From an uncultured Opitutus sp. (lineage in GTDB: Bacteria > Verrucomicrobiota > Verrucomicrobiia > Opitutales > Opitutaceae): a DNA stretch of 64,000 nt. The stretch's first letter is position 1; every line of letters begins with the position of its first letter. Position numbers and translations under genes: made by a program. The notes under the pieces are model-generated. The model ran no database searches. It saw only the letters and a program-made list of their open reading frames with translations, and was not told the DNA's origin. The stretch covers positions 29,343 to 93,342 of the forward strand of contig CBFGUO010000018.1 in assembly GCA_965652375.1 (NCBI GenBank). Reading direction: 5' to 3'. Positions 1 through 7,777 of the stretch are shown one piece after another.

Positions 1-785
1 CTCGGGGCCAGTTCGAGCAGGGCGAAACGGTTGAAGTAGCGTTCGGCCTCCTCGTAGCGGCCGGCGCGCAGATGGGTTTCGGCGATCTCGTATTGGGCGG
101 TGCGGGCGAGCTGGCGGTAGCGTTCCACCCAGGCGTCATCCGGAATGCGCAGCGTCGCCTGCAGGACGGCGTAGAAGCGCGACATGGCCAGGCGATCGGC
201 CCCCAGTGCGCGGTGCAGGCGACCGGCATCGAGCAGGGCCTTGGCGGTGTAGGGCGAGCCGGGGTGGTCCTTGATGAAGCGCTCGAGGATGGCGACGGCC
301 CGGGTGCGTTCGTTCAGGGCCTGGTAGGCTTTGGCGAGGCCGAGCAGGGCATCGATTTCCATCTCGGCCGGGGCATGGTTTTCCAGCACTTTGAAATAGG
401 CCGTGACTGCGCCTTCCGGGTTGTTGGCGGCCGCCTGGCTCTCGCCCAGTCGCATGAGACTTTCCAGGGCAGCCCGGTTGAGTTCGGACGTACTGCGCTG
501 GGTGGCGATGAAGCCGTGGTAGTCGGCCCCGGTGGCGGGGGCGGCGGGCGTGGACGGCGGTTCCGCGGCGGGCGGCTCGGGCTCCGGCGCCATCGGCGTG
601 ACCGGGGTCGGCGTGGCGGGGGCCTCGCGGGTCACGGCGTCCAGCGAAGCGTCGTGCTCCAACGGCGCGGCGTGCAGCACGGCCGGGGCGAGATCCGGGC
701 CCGGACTCGGCTCCGCCGTATCGGCGCGACCCGCGAGCGGGGCGGCGAAGAGGAGGAGGAGCGCGAATCGGGAGCGAGGAATCAT
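1..785 (-). CDS. Exported TPR-repeat protein, partial (C-terminal part lies beyond the left window edge)
   Basis: Absent from the ORF track because no stop lies inside the window. Reverse-strand translation from the ATG at 783-785 reads MIPRSRFALLLLFAAPLAGRA (signal-peptide-like) ... AVTAYFKVLENHAPAEMEIDALLGLAKAYQALNERTRAVAILERFIKDHPGSPYTAKALLDAGRLH ... YEIAETHLRAGRYEEAERYF, which are TPR/YbgF-like helical repeats. ATGA overlap with the stop of the upstream ORF. Confidence 0.6.
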   Translation of the reverse strand, partial: MIPRSRFALLLLFAAPLAGRADTAEPSPGPDLAPAVLHAAPLEHDASLDAVTREAPATPTPVTPMAPEPEPPAAEPPSTPAAPATGADYHGFIATQRSTSELNRAALESLMRLGESQAAANNPEGAVTAYFKVLENHAPAEMEIDALLGLAKAYQALNERTRAVAILERFIKDHPGSPYTAKALLDAGRLHRALGADRLAMSRFYAVLQATLRIPDDAWVERYRQLARTAQYEIAETHLRAGRYEEAERYFNRFALLELAP

Positions 786-1360
786 TGCTTACGGTAGGTC
801 GCCTTGGAGGGCACCGACGGGAGGCGGAAGAAGGGCATGATGTCCTCCGGCCGGGCGCCCGACAGATTGTCCTCGTTGAGGATGATCGGCGGCGGTCCCT
901 TGGGCTTGTCGGCTTCGGCGGTGGCGTCGTTGGCGGTCTGGGCGTCGGGATTGGTGGGTTCGCCGGCGATGGCGGCGTCGAGATCGGAGGTGTTGGGCAG
1001 GGCGAAGTTAAAATCGCCGAATTCGCCGAAGGGGCTGCCGGGCAGACCGGCGGCAGACGCGGCGGGATCGGCGGAGTTGGCCGAGCCGGCCTCGGGATCC
1101 TCGCCCTCGGGTGTGAGGGGGTCGATCTTGAGGACGACGGGCGGTCGCTCCGGCGCGGCAAAGCGTAATGGTGTGGGAACCAGCATCGCCAGGTAGGGAT
1201 GCGTGGACGGCGAGGGCGCGTGAACGGTGGCGCGGCGGGGCACATTCGGATGAGCGAGTGCCGCCGGGGTGGACAACGCACAGGCCGAGACCATCAACGC
1301 ACGCAACGCTGCGCGCAAAGGCGCAGGCGACTTCCGGACAGGGGAAGGCTTGAGAATCAT
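782..1360 (-). CDS. Hypothetical secreted low-complexity (Pro/Ala/Asp-rich) protein
   Basis: 192-aa ORF with a signal-like N-terminus (LRALMVSACALSTPAALA). Translationally coupled (ATGA) to the TPR gene. No family recognised. Confidence 0.5.
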   Translation of the reverse strand: MILKPSPVRKSPAPLRAALRALMVSACALSTPAALAHPNVPRRATVHAPSPSTHPYLAMLVPTPLRFAAPERPPVVLKIDPLTPEGEDPEAGSANSADPAASAAGLPGSPFGEFGDFNFALPNTSDLDAAIAGEPTNPDAQTANDATAEADKPKGPPPIILNEDNLSGARPEDIMPFFRLPSVPSKATYRKQ

Positions 1361-1415
1361 GTGCGGCTGTTTGGGTCGTGGGCTTCACGTGGGTCGATCC
1401 GGTTTCCAAACTTCT

Positions 1416-1443
1416 GAATCGGTCCGGGAGGGCCGGACCTTTA
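1416..1443 (-). promoter_or_regulatory. sigma-28-like promoter upstream of the secreted-protein/TPR operon
   Basis: Reverse strand reads TAAAGGTC-N12-ACCGATTC, against the consensus TAAAGTTT-N11-GCCGATAA. It ends ~55 nt upstream of the ATG at 1360. Confidence 0.35.
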
Positions 1444-1618
1444 GAACGAGTTGCCGGGGGATCCGGAGCGGCTGGACGACCGCGACCGGCAGGCGGACTG
1501 GTTCAAGGGAAAGACCCGCACTCCGTGGGTTGAGGACGGAATGCGGGGCTCGCAGGGTGGTGAGCGACCGGGCAGCGCTGAAGCGAAGCCGGTTTCACCG
1601 AAAGGGAGGGAACGGGGT

Positions 1619-2764
1619 TCAGGCCGTGACGGGTTCGGCCTTTTCGAGGGAGGCCTTGGCGTCCTCGAGCGAGTCGTGGAAGCGCCAGCTGCGGGTGTCC
1701 TCGAAGCCCTTGCACTCCTGCACGATGGGGCCGGAGCCGACCATGGAGAACTGGAGGCCCAGTTCGCGGCAGGTGTTCATGGCGCCGACGAGGAGTTTGA
1801 TGACGTTCATGTCGAGGCGCTTGAGCTCCGAGAGGTCGATGAGGGCCTTCGCGATGCCGGCATCGACCGCGTCGGAGATCTTGGGCTTGAGGTAGGTGTT
1901 GACCTCGTGGATGGCGGAGGCGCCGGTCTGCTCCGGGAGGCGCATGACGAAGAAGTCGCCGTCCTGGGAGAAGTAGCGCTGGGAGGTGTCGAGATTCATC
2001 GCCTTGGCGATCTTGGTCTCCAGCTCGTTGACATCGAGGGGCTTGGTAACCAAGGCGGAGAACCCGACCTGCTGGGCCTGGTTTTGGGCGGCGATGTCGG
2101 TCTTCACCACCAGGGCGAAGATGGGCGTATACTTGGTCTTTACCTGGGTGCGGAGCAGGCGGAAGAGGGTGTAGGCCGACTCCTCGGGCAGCGACAGGGA
2201 GATCATGATGAGGTCCGGCACGGTGCGCCCGCAGAAGTCGATGGCCTCGCCGGTGGTGTGGGTGCCGGTGATCTGCCAGGGGGTGTGCTTGAGGCCCTCG
2301 GTGATCTGCTGGATGATGGCCGGCTTGTCCTCGACGACGAGGATGTTGGCCGGATCGAAGATGGACTTGGCCTTGGTGGGGGCGTCGGTGATGGGCTTGA
2401 GGTCGATGATGCGGCCGACTTTCTCGATGAGCACGTCCTCCTTGAAGGGTTTCACGATGTAGTCGCGGATGCCGATCTTGGCGATCTTGAGGACGTTGTC
2501 GCGGCCGCCCTCGGCCGTGAGCATGACGACGGGGATGGCCTTGGTCTGCGGGTCGGACTTGAGCTTGGTGAGCATTTCGACGCCGTCCATGACGGGCATG
2601 GTGATGTCGAGGAGGATGACGTCGGGCATCTCCTTGGCGGCGGCGGCCAAACCCTCGACGCCGTTGGCGGCCTCGATGATTTCGCAATCGTAGGACTTGA
2701 AAGCCTTCTTAACGATGATGCGGACGGTTTTGGAGTCGTCCACGGTGAGGACTTTGTAGCGCAT
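1619..2764 (-). CDS. Response regulator, REC + pseudo-REC + STAS (anti-sigma-antagonist-like) output
   Basis: REC1 has LTVDDS, VILLDITMP (acceptor Asp) and IVKPF. REC2 (ILVVEDKP...LIMISLSLPEES...VTKPL) has Ser at the acceptor position. The C-terminal ~110 aa are SpoIIAA/STAS-like (ALIDLSELKRLDMNVIKLLVGA...LQFSMVG). Confidence 0.85.
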   Translation of the reverse strand: MRYKVLTVDDSKTVRIIVKKAFKSYDCEIIEAANGVEGLAAAAKEMPDVILLDITMPVMDGVEMLTKLKSDPQTKAIPVVMLTAEGGRDNVLKIAKIGIRDYIVKPFKEDVLIEKVGRIIDLKPITDAPTKAKSIFDPANILVVEDKPAIIQQITEGLKHTPWQITGTHTTGEAIDFCGRTVPDLIMISLSLPEESAYTLFRLLRTQVKTKYTPIFALVVKTDIAAQNQAQQVGFSALVTKPLDVNELETKIAKAMNLDTSQRYFSQDGDFFVMRLPEQTGASAIHEVNTYLKPKISDAVDAGIAKALIDLSELKRLDMNVIKLLVGAMNTCRELGLQFSMVGSGPIVQECKGFEDTRSWRFHDSLEDAKASLEKAEPVTA

Positions 2765-2796
2765 GGTGGGAGCGGGGAGCGGAGGGTTGGTTGTGA

Positions 2797-3321
2797 TTAT
2801 TCGCCTTGTTTCATCAACAGGTCGGCCACGAGGGTGTGGCCGCCGACATCGAAGTGGTAGATGCGGCGGGCGGCGGAGCGGACGGGCTCGATGGTGAAGT
2901 TGCTGCCGCGCAAAATGGAAGGGATGGTAAGCTTGCAGGGGTAACCCACGTCGCAGAGCTGGTTCTTGAAGGCGCCGACGGTCATGTTGGTGAGTTCGCC
3001 GATGGCGTCGTTGACGACCTCGTCCTCACACTCGGCGAGTTCCTCGGGTTCCATGTCGAGCAGGCCGCAGGCGACATCTTCGGCAAAGGGTATTTCGAGG
3101 TAGAGGTAGATGAGGCCGGTGATCTCGCCGATGAAGCCGACGGTGCCGACGATTTGCTGGCCCTTGAGTTCGAGGGCGTCGACCTTGTGGGCGTTGATGA
3201 GCTCCTGCTGGCTGTCCCGCAGGACGGCGGTTTTTCCGAGCATGGTGCTGAAGACATCTTGGACCGCCCGGGACAGGGTGTCCTGGAATACGGCGTCACT
3301 GATTGTTTCGACGAGTGGCAT
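2797..3321 (-). CDS. cheX: CheX-family CheY-P phosphatase
   Basis: 174 aa with CheX/CheC-like signature segments (VGFIGEITGLIYLYLE; DAIGELTNMTVGAFKN). Lies 32 nt upstream of the REC-STAS gene. Confidence 0.8.
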   Translation of the reverse strand: MPLVETISDAVFQDTLSRAVQDVFSTMLGKTAVLRDSQQELINAHKVDALELKGQQIVGTVGFIGEITGLIYLYLEIPFAEDVACGLLDMEPEELAECEDEVVNDAIGELTNMTVGAFKNQLCDVGYPCKLTIPSILRGSNFTIEPVRSAARRIYHFDVGGHTLVADLLMKQGE

Positions 3322-3357
3322 AGGGCGGCGATTCAGAGGTTAATGTAAGCCTTGTTG

Positions 3358-3383
3358 TTATCGGCCACCTGACGGCGAATTTA
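3358..3383 (-). promoter_or_regulatory. sigma-28 promoter for the cheX operon
   Basis: Reverse strand reads CTAAATTC-gccgtcaggtg-GCCGATAA. The -10 is a perfect 8/8 match, TAAA lies 14 nt upstream, and the leader to the ATG at 3321 is ~30 nt. Confidence 0.55.
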
Positions 3384-3411
3384 GGGAAAAAGAACGGAGC
3401 GGGGGAAAAAA

Positions 3412-3556
3412 GAGGGGTGGGGCGAGGGGCGAGGGAGGAGGCGAATGGGACGCATGGAACAGATACGGAGCGGCAGGCAACCGGTCTCATACGTCCTATA
3501 GGTCCCATACGTCCCATCCTAGGATGGGCCCGCACGCTCCTCGCCCTCTCCCCTCC
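3412..3556. repeat. Composite nested repeat: G-rich heptamers / 9-nt GGGAC-GTCCC units / C-rich heptamers
   Basis: 3412-3446 reads gaggggt ggggcga ggggcga gggagga. 3443-3530 holds 9-nt-period units (aatgggacg catggaaca ... gtctcatac gtcctatag gtcccatac gtcccatcc taggatggg, with the local palindrome cccatcctaggatggg). 3536-3556 reads tcctcgc cctctcc cctcctc, complementary to the G-rich arm. Confidence 0.7.
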
Positions 3557-5176
<1,620 letters not shown>

Positions 5177-5248
5177 GCCGGTTGGGGGTGGAGAACCTAG
5201 TGAGGACCGCGCGTGGGTGGAAAGGGGAAAACGGTCCGTAGTTTTTGT

Positions 5249-5275
5249 TAAAGTCTCGGCCGGAGTGGCCGATGC
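5249..5275 (+). promoter_or_regulatory. sigma-28 promoter for the 130-aa unknown gene
   Basis: TAAAGTCT-cggccggagtg-GCCGATGC (7/8 and 6/8 matches, N11 spacing). The -10 ends 16 nt before the ATG at 5291. Confidence 0.6.
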
Positions 5276-5290
5276 CATGGCTTACCCGTC

Positions 5291-5683
5291 ATGCGCCCGC
5301 TCTCTTTTCTCTCCCAAGTCGAAGACACGATCCGCAGCCTGAATCCCGGGGCGCTACCCGGGCAAACCTCGCGGGCGATCGATTTCCGGCAGGGTCTGGC
5401 CCGGCTGCAACTCACGCCGGCCGGGGACATCGTGGCGGTGCAATGCTTCGAACTCGCCGACGGACGCGACTGCCTCAAGGCCGTCATCCACTGGGCGGGC
5501 AGCGAGGTGACGCGCGAAGTCGCGGTCTATCCCAATGAGGTCAATCGCATGACCATTTGGAAGGAATCCGCCACGCGCCTGGCCGAGATGTGGCTGGCGG
5601 GAGCGCCGGGAGCGGCAACCACGACCTCGATCTCGCCGCACGCGATGGTCGAAGACGACGAAGCCCTGCAGGCCAGCGCCTGA
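5291..5683 (+). CDS. Hypothetical protein, 130 aa, predicted sigma-28 regulon member
   Basis: Protein-like composition (MRPLSFLSQVEDTIRSLNPG...VAVQCFELADGRDCLKAVIHWAGSEV...). No family recognised. Strong sigma-28 motif immediately upstream. Confidence 0.6.
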   Translation: MRPLSFLSQVEDTIRSLNPGALPGQTSRAIDFRQGLARLQLTPAGDIVAVQCFELADGRDCLKAVIHWAGSEVTREVAVYPNEVNRMTIWKESATRLAEMWLAGAPGAATTTSISPHAMVEDDEALQASA

Positions 5684-5704
5684 GGGCTGCGGTGAGCGGG
5701 TGGG

Positions 5705-5801
5705 GCCTATAGGACGAATGGGACCTATAGGACGTATGGTGCGTGGCAAATCCGCCAGATTGCCCGGGTCCCATGAGGCCCATGGGACCCATGAGTCCTA
5801 T
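5705..5801. repeat. 9-nt-period inverted repeat (GGGAC/GTCCC family) between convergent genes
   Basis: The 5' arm is ctataggac gaatgggac ctataggac gtatgg. A ~27-nt loop follows. The 3' arm is gtcccatga ggcccatgg gacccatga gtcctat. The arms are complementary at the GGAC/GTCC blocks. Confidence 0.7.
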
Positions 5802-5815
5802 TTCCTGACTGCGCC

Positions 5816-6157
5816 TTACGCGGTGCCGTCGAAGCGGCGCTGCGAGGAAGCGGCCGGGCGCCGGTAGGCATTGCGCGTCGGGCGCAGCCGGGCGCGGGCA
5901 TAGCGCAACTGGTCGAGTTCTTCGCGGGCGGCATCCTGGGCCTGCACGAAGCGGGCGCGGAGGTCGCCGAGAAGCTGGGCACTGCGACGCAGGGCGCTTT
6001 CCTGGCGGTCGGGCCGGGCGAGGAGGGTCGGCATGAGCCGGCCGGCGCGTTCGATGGCCTCGAGGGCGGCCTCCCAGGCTCCGGTGCCCGAGCGGCTGAG
6101 GGCTCGGTGCAGCAGCGACTCGAGGTCGCGGGTGAGCTGGGCGGTGGAGGCCGGCAT
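5816..6157 (-). CDS. Hypothetical helical protein in the FliT position (downstream of fliS)
   Basis: 113-aa Arg/Leu/Ala-rich, predicted all-helical ORF. The call rests only on synteny (fliD...fliS-X). Confidence 0.5.
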   Translation of the reverse strand: MPASTAQLTRDLESLLHRALSRSGTGAWEAALEAIERAGRLMPTLLARPDRQESALRRSAQLLGDLRARFVQAQDAAREELDQLRYARARLRPTRNAYRRPAASSQRRFDGTA

Positions 6158-6164
6158 GAAAAAA

Positions 6165-6199
6165 GGGGCGAGGGACGAGGGGCGAGTGACGATAGGTGG
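6165..6199. repeat. G-rich heptamer array (GGGRCGA x4-5)
   Basis: Reads ggggcga gggacga ggggcga gtgacga taggtgg. The same unit occurs at 3419-3432 and 11875-11930. Confidence 0.65.
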
Positions 6200-6256
6200 G
6201 CGGCGCGGGGAGCCGGTGGTGGCGGGCGGCGCGAGGGGGCCGGACGGCCCGGGAAC

Positions 6257-6670
6257 TCAGGCGACCTGCGCGTTCGGCGATTCCTGGCGGCGCAGCATCT
6301 CGGCCCAACCGTCACGCAGCTCGGTGACCAGGTTCAGGACCTCCTGGATGGCATCCACATCCTTCTTGATGTTGGCCTCGTGCAGCCGGCGCTGGTAGTA
6401 GTCGTAGAGGCGGTCGAGGTTGGCGGCGTAGTCGCCTCCGGCCTCGTGGTTGAGGTTGGACTGAAGCTCGGCGAGGATGGCTCCCGCCCGGCTGAGGGCC
6501 GTATGCACGACCGCGATACGCTGGATCTCGTCATGCTGCGGGGAGAACCCGTCGATGGCTTGGCGAAGAAAACGCAGGGTCCCGTCGTAGAGCATGAGCA
6601 CGAGCTGGCCGGGGGAGGCGCTGAGTACGGCTTGATTCTGATACTGACGAGCGTAGGCGGCTGGCATCAT
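6257..6670 (-). CDS. fliS: Flagellin-specific chaperone FliS
   Basis: 137 aa: YQNQAVLSASPGQLVLMLYDGTLRFLRQAI ... LYDYYQRRLHEANIKKD, a typical FliS pattern. Synteny with fliD. Confidence 0.9.
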   Translation of the reverse strand: MMPAAYARQYQNQAVLSASPGQLVLMLYDGTLRFLRQAIDGFSPQHDEIQRIAVVHTALSRAGAILAELQSNLNHEAGGDYAANLDRLYDYYQRRLHEANIKKDVDAIQEVLNLVTELRDGWAEMLRRQESPNAQVA

Positions 6671-6686
6671 AGGGCGTGGGGGAGGC

Positions 6687-6965
6687 TCAGGCCTCGGCGG
6701 AGACTTTGGTCAAAAGTTCGCGGGCGATGGCGTCGATCACCTCGCGGGGGGGATACTCGGGATCGTGGACGAACGGGCGGGCGCGTTCGATGACTTCGGT
6801 GCGGATTTCGGGATGACGGGCGAGCTCGGCTTTGATGTGAGCGGAGGCGCCGGAGTAGATCTGGTCCTTGCCGGAATCGACGCGACTGGCGGCCCGGTTC
6901 TTGCGGGCCGCGTCGTCGGTGATGGGCACGGACGGGCGGTTGGATGGTGACGTGGAGTGAATCAT
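6687..6965 (-). CDS. Putative anti-sigma-28 factor FlgM-like protein (a FlaG-like protein is the alternative)
   Basis: 92 aa with a disordered N-terminus and a C-terminal IRTEVIERARPFVHDPEYPPREVIDAIARELL that resembles the FlgM C-terminal helix region. It has its own sigma-28 promoter and lies 16 nt upstream of fliS. Confidence 0.5.
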   Translation of the reverse strand: MIHSTSPSNRPSVPITDDAARKNRAASRVDSGKDQIYSGASAHIKAELARHPEIRTEVIERARPFVHDPEYPPREVIDAIARELLTKVSAEA

Positions 6966-7030
6966 TTGTTTGGTCCTTTGATTCGTTGAGGGCGTGCCCT
7001 CCGAAGAGGGAACTATGTTATTTGGAAAGC

Positions 7031-7057
7031 TTATCGGTCCGGACGGGGGCGGGTTTA
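7031..7057 (-). promoter_or_regulatory. sigma-28 promoter for the flgM-like/fliS operon
   Basis: Reverse strand reads TAAACCCG-cccccgtccgg-ACCGATAA (-10 7/8, N11). The ~60-nt leader contains a CCCUC-UUCG-GAGGG hairpin (6997-7010). Confidence 0.55.
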
Positions 7058-7084
7058 GGTCAAATTAACGTAAGGCGGAGCCGT

Positions 7085-7774
7085 TCAGCGGGCGGGGAGG
7101 GTCGCGACCAGGGTATCGGCGGCGTAAGCGACGAAGCGGGCGGGACTTTGCAGAGCGGTCGAGCTGAGGTCGGCGGGCCCGGGCGCGCCTTGGAGCTGAT
7201 GGCGGCGGGCGCCGGCGGCCACGTTGGCCTGGGCGGCGTCGAAAAGCTCATCGGTGGCCCAGAGGTTGGCGCCGGTGTCGAGACGTACGAGACGCGTGCG
7301 CAGGCCCACGGAAAGGGGCGGGTAGGGTGAATAGGAGGTGACGTCGATGAAGAGCACGGCGTCGGCCCCGGTCTGTTCTCGCAGGACGGTGAAGAGGTGG
7401 GCGGGGAGGGCGGAGGTCGAGCCCACGGCCGGTTCCTTCACCCAGGTGCGCAATTGCTCGCGGGAGACGGGTACGGTCTCGAAGCGGGCGGCGCGGGTGA
7501 GCGCGGTGATGAAGGCGCGATCGATGTTGGCCAGGGACGTGTCGTCGAGCGGGCGGGGCGACCAGGCGGGCAGGAGGGCGACCCGGCGCACTTCGATGGG
7601 GAGGATGTCGGGACGGGCCACGTTGGTGGGCTTGTAGGACGGCGTGAGGGGATCGACGGCGAGACGGTCGGGCACGGATTCGCAGCCGGCGGTGGTGAAG
7701 AGCAGGAGGGCGCTGCCCAGAAGCAGCGGAGCGACGCGCTGGACCGCGAAGCGGGAAAAGGGCCGGGAACTCAT
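7085..7774 (-). CDS. Lipoprotein of unknown function embedded in the fliD operon
   Basis: 229 aa with a lipobox, LLLFTTAG-C. The start lies 3 nt after the fliD stop. No family recognised with confidence. Confidence 0.75.
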   Translation of the reverse strand: MSSRPFSRFAVQRVAPLLLGSALLLFTTAGCESVPDRLAVDPLTPSYKPTNVARPDILPIEVRRVALLPAWSPRPLDDTSLANIDRAFITALTRAARFETVPVSREQLRTWVKEPAVGSTSALPAHLFTVLREQTGADAVLFIDVTSYSPYPPLSVGLRTRLVRLDTGANLWATDELFDAAQANVAAGARRHQLQGAPGPADLSSTALQSPARFVAYAADTLVATLPAR

Positions 7775-7777
7775 GGG

